Source of the DNA: Bacteroidota bacterium
Lineage (GTDB): Bacteria; Bacteroidota; Ignavibacteria; Ignavibacteriales; Ignavibacteriaceae
DNA: 40,585 bases
Reading direction: 5' to 3'
Assembly (NCBI GenBank): GCA_021778375.1
Contig: JAJYCM010000001.1
Span: 1-40,585 of the forward strand
Made by a program: the position numbers and the translations under genes. Positions 13,133 to 22,608 of the stretch are shown in pieces; position 1 is the stretch's first letter; every line of letters begins with the position of its first letter. The notes beneath the pieces were generated by a model. It made no database searches, was not told the origin of the DNA, and was given only the letters and a program-made list of their open reading frames with translations.

Positions 13133-14764
13133 TCAGACAAATGATTTTCTCAAAAAATTTATGGAGTGTGCAATATTTTTAATAATATCACTTGCTGTAT
13201 AAGTATATTCACTGAAATCTTTCAATAATAAATCGGCAGAAAGACTGTGCAGATATACGCCACAGACTATTGCTTTTTCAATAATTTCTTTTTCTGTATA
13301 GATCCCTGACTTGGTTTTTGTAGAAGATTCCCATTGCGCTAATAAGCCGGCAAGCATTCCGGTTAAAACATCACCGCTGCCAAATTTTGCCATACCTGGA
13401 TTACCTGCAGTGTTTATCAATGCATCTCCGGATGGTGTGAAAATAATAGTAGGAGCATCTTTTAATATCAGATAACTTCCCGTTTCTTTTACAAATTCTT
13501 TCCCAAATTTCAATATATCATTTTCTAACTCTTCAGAAGAAACGCCAATTAGATTTGCAAACTCACCGTGATGCGGAGTAAATATTATTTTGCGCAATCC
13601 TCCCTGCCGGGAATTTAAGCTCAATTTCTTATATTTGTTTTCATTTAAGGCAAAGATTGCATCCGCATCAATTACCATTATTTTATCTTTGAATTTCTTA
13701 ATGATTTGAAATATCGCTTCCCGGGTTTCTTCATTTCTTCCAAGACCTGGCCCAATTGCGATTGAATCAGCCCATTCAATTCTCTTTCTTATCTCGGGAA
13801 TATTTTCAACTCTAAAAAATCCTTTACCGTCATCTTCGTATGTTTGGACTATAACTTCCAACAATTTTTTGTGGATAAATTTCTTTGCTGATTTAGGAAA
13901 GCATAAAACCGATGCACCTGCACCCGTCTTTAATGACGAAAAAGAGGAAAGAACCGCTGCACCCGGCAAAGTTGAAGAGCCTGCAATTATTAAAGCTTTC
14001 CCCGACGAATATTTATTTATATCTTTTTTCTTGGAAGGTAATGATTCTAAAGCATCTTCGGGTTCAATCAAATATTCCTCTGCCGGATATTTTTCAAAAT
14101 GTTCGAGACTTAACCCGATATTTCCTTTCGCAGTATCACCGCAAAAACTTTTGCCTTTGCCAAAAAATAATCCTCTTTTAAATTCGCCGAGTGTAATTGT
14201 CAAATCCGAATTGAAAATATTCTTGCCAAATCCGGTATCTGCATTTAATCCGGTAGGAATATCAATCGCAACTTTAAAGCTATTAAGATTATTTACATAA
14301 TATACAATTTCATTAAAAGGCTCACGTAACTCGCCTGATGTCCCGCTTCCGAGCATTGCATCAAAAATAACATTGCATGTCGAAAGGACTGTAAGACTGG
14401 CAGCAGAATCGTATTTCTTCAAAATTATTTTGGGATTAATAGATGCCAGATTTTTTAATATATTAAAATTCATTAGGCAATCGCGTGACATTTCTTCATT
14501 TTTACCTAAATATATAATATTTACTCTAAAACCATAATTTGCAAAATGTCGGGCAACAGCAAAACCGTCTCCACCGTTGTTGCCTTTCCCGCAAACAAAA
14601 CCTAATGAAGATATTTTTAAGTTTAATTCTTGAAATTTTTCTGTAGATATATTAAAGATTTGAAGTGCAGCATTTTCCATTAATACAACACTTGGAATGC
14701 CAAGTTGATTTATAGCAAAACTGTTATCTTCTCTAATTTGCGATGTGGAATAAAGTGGTATCAT
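13133..14764 (-). CDS. nnr: Bifunctional NAD(P)H-hydrate repair enzyme (epimerase + ADP-dependent dehydratase)
   Basis: N-terminal YjeF_N motif GKGNNGGDGFAVARH and C-terminal carbohydrate-kinase motif GSGDVLTG. 543 aa. Confidence 0.92.
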   Translation of the reverse strand: MIPLYSTSQIREDNSFAINQLGIPSVVLMENAALQIFNISTEKFQELNLKISSLGFVCGKGNNGGDGFAVARHFANYGFRVNIIYLGKNEEMSRDCLMNFNILKNLASINPKIILKKYDSAASLTVLSTCNVIFDAMLGSGTSGELREPFNEIVYYVNNLNSFKVAIDIPTGLNADTGFGKNIFNSDLTITLGEFKRGLFFGKGKSFCGDTAKGNIGLSLEHFEKYPAEEYLIEPEDALESLPSKKKDINKYSSGKALIIAGSSTLPGAAVLSSFSSLKTGAGASVLCFPKSAKKFIHKKLLEVIVQTYEDDGKGFFRVENIPEIRKRIEWADSIAIGPGLGRNEETREAIFQIIKKFKDKIMVIDADAIFALNENKYKKLSLNSRQGGLRKIIFTPHHGEFANLIGVSSEELENDILKFGKEFVKETGSYLILKDAPTIIFTPSGDALINTAGNPGMAKFGSGDVLTGMLAGLLAQWESSTKTKSGIYTEKEIIEKAIVCGVYLHSLSADLLLKDFSEYTYTASDIIKNIAHSINFLRKSFV

Positions 14765-15235
14765 AATTATTATTGGTTTTAATTACAAAATTATATCAGA
14801 ATGACTTCATAAAAAAATGAGAGTATAATGACCAAGGATTATAAATTTCCATGTAAAGGTAAATCATTTTGAGATAGTCTCAATAGTTTATTTTTTACAA
14901 ATAATGATTTGACAAACAAAATATTGACATCCATCTTTATCAGAACTATAGACTAAAGAATTGGAATTCGAAAAGTTGTATTTCATAAATATCGGAAATA
15001 ATGTCGAATTCTTTCGTTTTTTTATTATCATGTGTTTTGTAGTCAGAGCATTTTCTTTATTTAATTATTTTTATTTAAATTTTCATATAAGATAGGATTT
15101 AATCTTTTGACGTTATGTTGACAATCATAAACCAATAAGTTAAAAATATTTTGTATAAATTACGGCGTATAACGCGCACTTATCGAAAATGAGTAGTTGC
15201 GAATAAATAATTTGGAAGGTGATTTAAGGTCTCTT

Positions 15236-15700
15236 ATGAAGGTATTAAAAAATAGCTCAACATTAGTCATTTTATTTTTAATGTTTATTTTGTCGACGCT
15301 TTTCTTCAATCTTGTCCTTGGAATCTCCCCAATTCTTGATTTCTTCAACTATATGGCGGGTAAAAAATATTTATGGACAATCCCATTGTTAATTTCAATT
15401 CTCTTTGGATTTTGGTTATACAGCAGAAGTATGAAAAGAAAAATCTCAGATGAAAGGATAGAAATATTTAATGCAACTATAAGGACAATACAAGACATTC
15501 TGCAAAACTCAGCTTCCTCAATGCAGTTATTAATTTTGGACATGAAGGATGTAGAAGTGCATGAAGAAATAATTATTAAAGCTGAAAAAAACATGGAGGA
15601 ATTAAAGTCGGTAATTAAAACATTGGCCTCGGTAGACCCAAAAACTATACAGCTAAAAGATCTGAATCGGAATCTTTCAATAATAAAAATGAACGATTAA
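15236..15700 (+). CDS. Hypothetical small membrane protein: 2 TM helices plus a cytoplasmic helical domain
   Basis: The ORF is open from TTG at 15197. I prefer the ATG at 15236 (MKVLKNSS...), preceded by GGAAGGTGA. It has two hydrophobic helices and then a helical region, ERIEIFNATIRTIQDILQNSASSMQLL. It ends 8 nt before tadA. No recognisable catalytic motif. Confidence 0.5.
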   Translation: MKVLKNSSTLVILFLMFILSTLFFNLVLGISPILDFFNYMAGKKYLWTIPLLISILFGFWLYSRSMKRKISDERIEIFNATIRTIQDILQNSASSMQLLILDMKDVEVHEEIIIKAEKNMEELKSVIKTLASVDPKTIQLKDLNRNLSIIKMND

Positions 15701-15708
15701 ATGCACTT

Positions 15709-16179
15709 ATGATTTTTGACGAACAAATTTATAAATTTATGTTTGCTGCTCTACAGGAAGCTGAATTAGCACTTGAAAAAAACGAAGTTCCTGTTGGCGC
15801 TGTAATTGTTCACAAAAATAAAATCATCGGGAGAGGTTTTAATCAAACAGAAAGCTTAAAAGACCCAACTGCTCACGCCGAAATGATTGCTATTACCGCT
15901 GCTTCAAGCTATATGAAAGATTGGCGACTTAATGAGTGCGACATTTATGTAACGCTTGAACCTTGCATAATGTGCACAGGCGCTCTGCTTGCAGCAAGAA
16001 TCAATAAACTTTATTTTTCTACTTTTGATCCAAAGTATGGCGCCTGCGGTTCACTCTATAATTTAGCAGAAGAAAAAAAATACAATCATAAAATTGAAAT
16101 ATTTTCAGGAATATACCTATCCGAAAGTGAAGCTCTGCTGAAAAGGTTTTTTGTAAATATTAGAAATAAAAGAAATTAA
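15709..16179 (+). CDS. tadA: tRNA adenosine(34) deaminase
   Basis: CDA zinc motifs HAEMIAI and PCIMCTGAL. 156 aa. Confidence 0.92.
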   Translation: MIFDEQIYKFMFAALQEAELALEKNEVPVGAVIVHKNKIIGRGFNQTESLKDPTAHAEMIAITAASSYMKDWRLNECDIYVTLEPCIMCTGALLAARINKLYFSTFDPKYGACGSLYNLAEEKKYNHKIEIFSGIYLSESEALLKRFFVNIRNKRN

Positions 16180-16253
16180 ATATGAGTTTATTTAATTGTA
16201 AGCTTGACAAATATAACCTTAAATAATAATTTAGTTTTAACATTTTGAGTTTT

Positions 16254-16925
16254 ATGATGCAAATCATGTTATTCGGTTCTCCGGGTGTAGGCAAAGGTAC
16301 TCAGGCAAAAATACTTTCCACAAAGTTAGATATTCCACATATATCAACAGGCGATATATTAAGGCAGGCTGTAACTGATAAAACACCTCTTGGCCTAAGC
16401 GCTGAGGAAAAGATGAATAAAGGAGAGTTAGTATCCGACAATATTATGTTTGGATTGATTGCGGAGACTTTGGCACAAGACCGATGTAAAAAGGGGTTTG
16501 TCCTCGATGGATTCCCACGCACAATTGCTCAAGCAGTTGAGCTTGACAAAATTTTTAATCAATTAAATATTAAAGATGTCCGGTTAGTTGTAATAACCGC
16601 TAATGAGGAAGAGATTGTCAGACGTTTGACTAATCGAAGAGCTTGCGACAACTGCGGAAATATTTTTAATTATAATGATATTAGGAATTCAAATATTTGC
16701 CCTTCATGCGGGGCTATAGATAGCTTTTATCAACGTGATGATGATAAAGAAGATGTTATTAGAAATAGATTAAATATTTATAAAAACACTACCGAGCCAG
16801 TTTTAATCTATTATCGATCTAGGAGAAATGAAATTTATATAAACGGGCTTGACTCAGTTGATGAAGTAACAAACAATATTTTATCCGAATTACAAAAAGC
16901 TGGCAGTAGTAAGATTATTGTTTAA
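16254..16925 (+). CDS. adk: Adenylate kinase, long form with Cys4 zinc lid
   Basis: P-loop GSPGVGKGTQA, motif VLDGFPRT, and lid CDNCG...CPSCG. The ORF-track start at 16245 is TTG. ATGs at 16254 and 16257 give the typical MQIMLFG N-terminus. Confidence 0.93.
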   Translation: MMQIMLFGSPGVGKGTQAKILSTKLDIPHISTGDILRQAVTDKTPLGLSAEEKMNKGELVSDNIMFGLIAETLAQDRCKKGFVLDGFPRTIAQAVELDKIFNQLNIKDVRLVVITANEEEIVRRLTNRRACDNCGNIFNYNDIRNSNICPSCGAIDSFYQRDDDKEDVIRNRLNIYKNTTEPVLIYYRSRRNEIYINGLDSVDEVTNNILSELQKAGSSKIIV

Positions 16926-17586
16926 TCTTCATAATTACCTTATGGGCTTTCCCTTCTTCTATTCTGATAATTTTTGCGTCGTAACTTTTTAGTAATTCAT
17001 AGTTATGGGTTGCAAAAATTACTGCAGTACCTCGAGTATTTATCTTCTTCAGTATTTCCAAAATTTCCAGAGAAGTTTCGGGGTCTAAATTTCCTGTCGG
17101 CTCATCAGCAAGAATTAAAACAGGATCATTTATAATAGCTCTCGCAATAGCAATTCGCTGTTTCTCTCCACCGGATAATTCATTCGGCATGCTGTATCGC
17201 CGATGGGATAATCCTACATCCGTCAATGAGTCATTAACTTTCCTTTTAATATCTCCGCTTGATTTATTCGTAGCTTCTAAAACAAAAGATAAATTTTCAT
17301 AAATGTTTCTGTCTTTTAGAAGTCTAAAATCCTGAAATATCACCCCGAGTTTTCTTCTTAACATCGGTAGATTGCGCGGTTTAATTGTTCGCGAATCATA
17401 TTCATCAAAAGAAATTCTTCCGTAGGTTGGCAAAATATTCATGTAAATCAATTGAAGGAGTGTACTTTTGCCGGCTCCGCTTTTACCAATTAAAAAGCAA
17501 AATTCACCCTGGTTTAATTCAAAGTTTAAATCCGAAAATACCGGCTGATTCAAATAACTATATTCGACATTATTAAAGGTTAACAT
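16915..17586 (-). CDS. ftsE: Cell-division ABC ATPase FtsE
   Basis: 223 aa. Walker A GKSGAGKST, signature LSGGEKQR, Walker B ILADEPTGNLD. The size and sequence pattern are typical of FtsE. No ftsX is adjacent. Confidence 0.85.
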   Translation of the reverse strand: MLTFNNVEYSYLNQPVFSDLNFELNQGEFCFLIGKSGAGKSTLLQLIYMNILPTYGRISFDEYDSRTIKPRNLPMLRRKLGVIFQDFRLLKDRNIYENLSFVLEATNKSSGDIKRKVNDSLTDVGLSHRRYSMPNELSGGEKQRIAIARAIINDPVLILADEPTGNLDPETSLEILEILKKINTRGTAVIFATHNYELLKSYDAKIIRIEEGKAHKVIMKIKQ

Positions 17587-17589
17587 TTG

Positions 17590-18585
17590 TTACCGCATTT
17601 TATTTTTAAATATTCTTCTGTTTTTAACAATTTTTTTTGCATAATAAAAAGCTTGCAGCATACTTGATTCATCGGCAATATTTTTCCCGGCAATATCATA
17701 GGCGGTTCCATGATCCGGGGAGGTTCTTATTATAGGCAAACCGGCGGTGTAATTAACTCCTTTCCCAAAATTTAATAGCTTAAAAGGAATTAAAACCTGG
17801 TCATGGTACATCCCAAACGTTAAATTATATTTTTTATATAACCGGTTAGCAAAAAAAGCATCTGGCGGAAATGGTCCGCTAAAATATTTAGCATATCTAT
17901 TTTTTCCCAATAAAGGTATTATTATTTCCTCCTCTTCCCTTCCGATAAAACCGTTTTCACCTGCATGAGGATTTAATCCCAGCACTGCGACTTTAGGAGT
18001 CTCAATTAGCAAATCTTCTTTAAGCATTTTAATAACCACATCAAATTTATTTTGGAGTGTATCGGAAGTAATTAGACTTGGTACATGTTTAATAGGCTCG
18101 TGAATCGTCATTAATGCCGCGTTCATTTTTGAGGAAAGAAAAGTCATTGCATAATCAGAAGTTTTGCTCAAAGAAGAAAGCATTTCAGTATGCCCTGGAA
18201 AATTTATTCCCGCTAATTTCAACGCAGTTTTTGAAATTGGAGAAGTAATTATCGCGTCGACAAAATTCCTTTTTGTATAATCAAATGCCAATTGAATTGC
18301 TTTATAAGCAACTGCTCCGCTCTCTTTCGTCGGAGTGCCTGTCTTTTGTTTAATCTCTCCCATATCTACAATTGTTATAGATTCCGTTTCAGTATATTTA
18401 ATATTGCGTGAGAATTGATACTTAAAATGCGATTTCGTTTTTTTTATTGTATTAAGAAAAACATCATTCGGGCAAATAAAATAAAATTTGTCATCCTTGT
18501 TAGAATGAATTTTATTTAATGTTTTAACCACAATTTCCGGACCTATTCCATTAACATCACCGCAAGTAAAAACAAACTTATTCAA
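17590..18585 (-). CDS. pdxA: 4-hydroxythreonine-4-phosphate dehydrogenase
   Basis: Motifs GDVNGIGPEI, FPGHTE and SPDHGTAYDIAGK. Confidence 0.92.
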   Translation of the reverse strand: MNKFVFTCGDVNGIGPEIVVKTLNKIHSNKDDKFYFICPNDVFLNTIKKTKSHFKYQFSRNIKYTETESITIVDMGEIKQKTGTPTKESGAVAYKAIQLAFDYTKRNFVDAIITSPISKTALKLAGINFPGHTEMLSSLSKTSDYAMTFLSSKMNAALMTIHEPIKHVPSLITSDTLQNKFDVVIKMLKEDLLIETPKVAVLGLNPHAGENGFIGREEEEIIIPLLGKNRYAKYFSGPFPPDAFFANRLYKKYNLTFGMYHDQVLIPFKLLNFGKGVNYTAGLPIIRTSPDHGTAYDIAGKNIADESSMLQAFYYAKKIVKNRRIFKNKMR

Positions 18586-18587
18586 TT

Positions 18588-19877
18588 TTATTTCCTCAAC
18601 ATAAAATTACCGGTACCGTCATTATCCACAAAAATAAAATCTCTTGGCGGTTTTTCATAAATCCATGTTTCGACAACTTTACCGTATTGGGTTGATGCAC
18701 GTTCAATCTTTTGCGGTTTTCCGAATTGTATATAAATTTCCCCGCGATCCGTTTCTATTCCACTTTTATCGGAAAATATTGCGAATGTCTTTGCAGCATA
18801 ATCTATACGAGAATAATATTCTTCCATCAAAGGATTAAAAGTACCGTGAGAATTTATATTGTACTTTTTCCAATAATTATAAAGCTCTTTTTTATAATCG
18901 TTAGAATTTGCCTTAAGCATATTGGAAATAACAGAATCTTTTTCTATAAACTTTAGCATCTTAATTGCATTCCCCGGATTTCGAAGCGAATATGGTTTGT
19001 TAAACCAAATAATTTTTTTATTATATGATTTAAGCGGAATTGAATTTTTATTCCGGCTAACAATTATTTCAGCATTGCCCTCTAAAAGCTTTCTGTTTAT
19101 ATCCGGAATTACAAAATTATTTGTAGCTTCAGGAGTCAACCCGTTGCCGAGTAAAATATTATCTTTACACTCTCTTAGAACAATCTTGGATTTGAAATAA
19201 TTTGATACTTCAGAATTAAAAACAGTATCGGAGTCATTCTTAATTGTTACAAAAATACTTTCCCGGGTTGTGTCCAAACACGGAAGTACAAGACTAAAGT
19301 TATCTTCGCTAAATGGAAATGAATCATCATAGTTAGCAAGTTCAAAGTATTTTTTATTTTGGCACTCAATCAGATCGGATTTAACAATTAGCGGAGATAT
19401 TATAGTTGATTGATTACTGGAAGGTACATCTATTCTAATTGGAGCAAGTTTAATTTCGTTATTTATATTTAGATCTGTTAAAAATGGTAAAATATTATAT
19501 ATACCGTTTTTCAAATGAAAATTAATAAAACCCTGGACATAATAATTATGATCAAGAGTTTGGTCAAAAGTATCAACGGAAATAGTTTTATTTTGAATTT
19601 GGCGAACAACATGCTTCAATACGGAGTCAAAAACTTCGATTGAAAGGCTAAACGAAGCAGAATATTTTCCGCTACTTTTGACGAAAACCAAACTTGGATA
19701 ACTTATCTTGTAAACAAAATAAGTATGATTTGAAGAATCTTCGGGTATCGAATGAACTTCCGAAAAATAAAATGATGTTTCCTTTGCATTTTTTTCCCCT
19801 TCCCTTCTGAAATTATGAGGTTGAGCAAAGAGTTGCAAAATTATAATAAATGAAAGAAATATAATTTTTTTTATCAC
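18588..19877 (-). CDS. GWxTD-domain protein, secreted
   Basis: Signal peptide MIKKIIFLSFIIILQLFAQ. The C-terminal block SGIETDRGEIYIQFGKPQKIE...ETWIY matches the GWxTD-domain pattern, with the G-W position degenerate here. Confidence 0.65.
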   Translation of the reverse strand: MIKKIIFLSFIIILQLFAQPHNFRREGEKNAKETSFYFSEVHSIPEDSSNHTYFVYKISYPSLVFVKSSGKYSASFSLSIEVFDSVLKHVVRQIQNKTISVDTFDQTLDHNYYVQGFINFHLKNGIYNILPFLTDLNINNEIKLAPIRIDVPSSNQSTIISPLIVKSDLIECQNKKYFELANYDDSFPFSEDNFSLVLPCLDTTRESIFVTIKNDSDTVFNSEVSNYFKSKIVLRECKDNILLGNGLTPEATNNFVIPDINRKLLEGNAEIIVSRNKNSIPLKSYNKKIIWFNKPYSLRNPGNAIKMLKFIEKDSVISNMLKANSNDYKKELYNYWKKYNINSHGTFNPLMEEYYSRIDYAAKTFAIFSDKSGIETDRGEIYIQFGKPQKIERASTQYGKVVETWIYEKPPRDFIFVDNDGTGNFMLRK

Positions 19878-19904
19878 TTTGCTTCAAGGGTAAAAAAAGA
19901 AAGT

Positions 19905-21158
19905 TTAGCTATTCATGTTATTTAAGAAGTCTTTATTATTTTTTGTCCCTCTGATTTTATCAAGTAAAAAGTCCATTGCTTCGACAGGACTGAAATCACT
20001 AAGAATTTTTCTAAGTATCCAAACTTTAGCAAGGTCGTCTTCTTTCATCAACAAATCTTCGCGTCGAGTCCCTGATCGATTAACATCAATAGCAGGGAAA
20101 ACTCTTCTATCACTTAGATCGCGGTTAAGAACCAATTCCATATTACCTGTGCCTTTAAATTCTTCAAAGATAACGTCATCCATTCTACTGCCTGTATCAA
20201 TTAGAGCAGTAGCTATAATTGTTAAGCTTCCTCCGTCTTCAGTATTTCTAGCGGCACCGAAAAATCTTTTGGGTTTGTGAAGCGCATTTGCATCAACACC
20301 TCCCGAAAGAATTCTTCCGCTGTGAGGGACAACAATATTATGTGCTCTCGCAAGCCTGGTAATACTATCGAGTAAAATAACAACATCTTCATTAGCTTCT
20401 ACAAGGCGTTTAGCTTTCTCAATTACCATATCTGCTACCTGGACGTGACGTTCCGGGGGTTCATCAAAAGTTGAACTTATTACTTCCCCTTTAACAGATC
20501 GTTCCATATCGGTTACTTCTTCCGGACGTTCGTCAATTAGAAGAATAATCAATTTTATCTCGGGATGATTTCTTGTAATTGAGTTTGCTATTTTTTGAAG
20601 AAGAATAGTTTTGCCGCTTTTGGGAGGTGATACAATTAAACCGCGTTGCCCCTTACCAATTGGAGAAAGCAAATCCATAATTCTCATCGCGTATTCACCG
20701 GGTATAGTTTCAAGATTTATTCTTTTAGTTGGATAAACCGGGACAAGGTTATCAAACAAAGTTCTTTCTCTAATTCCTTCGGGCTCAAGTCCGTTTACGG
20801 CTTCAACACGTAACAGAGCAAAGAATCGCTCACCTTCTTTCGGTGGACGAACCTGCCCGCTTACAAAATCTCCTGTTCTTAAACTAAATTTCTTGATTTG
20901 AGACGGAGAGACGTAAATATCGTCGGGTGAAGGTAAATAGTTATAGTCGGAAGATCTTAAAAACCCGTAACCGTCGGGTAAAACTTCAAGCACACCCTTT
21001 GAAAAAGTTAATCCGTCTTTAGCAGTTTGAGCTTCTAAAATTTTGAAGATTAACTCTTGTTTTCTCAAGTCGCTGTATGCGGCTATGTTTAATTCTTTAG
21101 CAATCGTGTTTAGTTCTACGATTTTTTTAGACTTGAGTTCGGAAATATCCATTGGCAT
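19905..21158 (-). CDS. rho: Transcription termination factor Rho
   Basis: Rho_N helix ([11 protein letters not shown]), cold-shock-like RNA-binding domain (GYGFLR), Walker A SPPKSGKT, and [11 protein letters not shown]. 417 aa. Confidence 0.96.
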   Translation of the reverse strand: MPMDISELKSKKIVELNTIAKELNIAAYSDLRKQELIFKILEAQTAKDGLTFSKGVLEVLPDGYGFLRSSDYNYLPSPDDIYVSPSQIKKFSLRTGDFVSGQVRPPKEGERFFALLRVEAVNGLEPEGIRERTLFDNLVPVYPTKRINLETIPGEYAMRIMDLLSPIGKGQRGLIVSPPKSGKTILLQKIANSITRNHPEIKLIILLIDERPEEVTDMERSVKGEVISSTFDEPPERHVQVADMVIEKAKRLVEANEDVVILLDSITRLARAHNIVVPHSGRILSGGVDANALHKPKRFFGAARNTEDGGSLTIIATALIDTGSRMDDVIFEEFKGTGNMELVLNRDLSDRRVFPAIDVNRSGTRREDLLMKEDDLAKVWILRKILSDFSPVEAMDFLLDKIRGTKNNKDFLNNMNS

Positions 21159-21350
21159 TATAGTGATCCTATTAAATTATGATGAGATTTATTGTTAATG
21201 ATTTGAGTTTTATAACACACTTTTGATGTCGTATTTTTCTGATTTACGGTCTAGAGGTTTAACTATTTCTTATTCAATTGTTTAATTATTGAAAGGAACA
21301 AGAGGAATGATCCAAACATAAGCTTATTAAAAAAAAATGTCAAGTGTTTT

Positions 21351-22607
21351 TTAATCCTTCTCCAAAAGAGTTTTTATCTCTCCTAAAAGATACATACTTC
21401 CAACTACAATTAGACAATTCTCCTGATTTTGTTCCTTAAATCTTTTTACAAACTCTGCAGGATTAAATTCCGCAATTACTTTAATCTCTAATTCTCCGGC
21501 AATATTTTGCAGCTCATCAATCTTACAAGCTCTTTCATTTTCTATTTGAGTGATATGTATTTCATCAAAATATATATTTAACATTGATAAAATCTCTTTT
21601 ATAGACTTATCTTTCATTACACCGAAAAGTAAAACTCTCTTTTTATATTTAGCGTAATCCTTCTTAAATTCAGTTAAAAAATTTTGAATGCTTTCCGGAT
21701 TATGCGCTGAGTCAAAGATAATATCAGGCTTGTGCCAATAAAGTTCATATCTACCTTGTAAACCGGTATTTTTTATCACATTCATTATTCCATGGCTAAT
21801 CGTACGGATTTCGTCTGTTTCAAAAATTTTAGTTACTGCCAATGCGGCAAGAGCAGCATTATACTTCTGATAATTTCCTCGCAACGGCATTTTGAAATCA
21901 TCAAGCTCGAGTTCTTCAGTATATAATTCCAATAAATTATTTTTTTCTATAACATAATCTGTTATTTTATAAAGGCTGCTTCCGGTTTGTAAACATTTTT
22001 GTTCGATAATTTCTTCCGCCGCAACCGGTAACTTTCCTATAAAAACATGTGAACCCTCTTTTATGATTGCCGCTTTTTCAGATGCAATTTCCCTTAAAGT
22101 TGTTCCCAATATATTTGTATGCTCAAGGCTAATTGAGGTTATTATAACCGCAAGCGGAGAAAGAACATTAGTAGCGTCAAGTCTTCCGCCAAGCCCTGTT
22201 TCAATTACTGCATAGTCTACATTTTGTTCATAAAAATATTGAAACGCCATCGCGGTTGTTACTTCAAAAAACGTAAGCTTATTCTGATCAATAAAATTTA
22301 CATTATTTGATATAAAATCTGCAACATAATCATCGGGAATTTGGTGGTTATCGGTTTTGATTCTTTCGTTGAAACGAATAAAATGAGGCGAAGTATAAAG
22401 TCCGGTTTTATATTTAAACTCCATCAGCATACTTGCAAGAAACGAAGAAGTGCTTCCCTTCCCATTTGAGCCTGCAATATGAAATACCTTCAATTTTTTC
22501 TGCGGATTATCTAAAAAATCAAGGAAGTTTGTTATATTTTCCAATCCGAGTTTTATGCCGAAGGTATGAAGCGAAAAAAGTTTTTCTAATGCTTTGTCTA
22601 CATTCAT
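21351..22607 (-). CDS. folC: Folylpolyglutamate synthase / dihydrofolate synthase
   Basis: Mur-ligase-type P-loop HIAGSNGKGST and motif ETGLGGRLDATN. Confidence 0.9.
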   Translation of the reverse strand: MNVDKALEKLFSLHTFGIKLGLENITNFLDFLDNPQKKLKVFHIAGSNGKGSTSSFLASMLMEFKYKTGLYTSPHFIRFNERIKTDNHQIPDDYVADFISNNVNFIDQNKLTFFEVTTAMAFQYFYEQNVDYAVIETGLGGRLDATNVLSPLAVIITSISLEHTNILGTTLREIASEKAAIIKEGSHVFIGKLPVAAEEIIEQKCLQTGSSLYKITDYVIEKNNLLELYTEELELDDFKMPLRGNYQKYNAALAALAVTKIFETDEIRTISHGIMNVIKNTGLQGRYELYWHKPDIIFDSAHNPESIQNFLTEFKKDYAKYKKRVLLFGVMKDKSIKEILSMLNIYFDEIHITQIENERACKIDELQNIAGELEIKVIAEFNPAEFVKRFKEQNQENCLIVVGSMYLLGEIKTLLEKD

Positions 22608-22608
22608 T

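Noticed and set aside
13869-14300. Long antisense ORFs inside well-supported genes. They include 143 aa and 89 aa opposite nnr, and 121 aa opposite rho (19915-20280). Others are 109 aa opposite citrate synthase (6638-6967), 97 aa opposite amt (28025-28318) and three opposite the GWxTD gene (18644-19200).
   Set aside because: Their translations are low-complexity with no recognisable motifs, starts or RBS. Each lies wholly within a gene whose own product has clear family signatures. Open antisense frames are a common by-product of codon usage.
14801-14895. A candidate small RNA in the 432-bp AT-rich gap: ATGACT-N17-TATAAT promoter-like match, then a TTGAGA-tag-TCTCAA hairpin plus T-run.
   Set aside because: The stem is only 6 bp and AT-rich. 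The T-run is offset from it. TATAAT-like hexamers are frequent by chance in DNA this AT-rich. Several equally good promoter-like matches exist in the same gap.
15160-15594. Minus-strand ORFs of 62 aa (15160-15348) and 81 aa (15349-15594).
   Set aside because: They overlap the better-supported plus-strand membrane-protein gene. They have no motifs or RBS, and their composition is typical of antisense translation.
21159-21350. A possible riboswitch or leader structure in the 192-nt region upstream of rho.
   Set aside because: The region is AT-rich with no evident conserved stems. A long leader is normal for rho autoregulation. There is only a TTGACA-N17-TATGTT promoter-like match at 21316-21344, which I did not consider strong enough to report as a feature.
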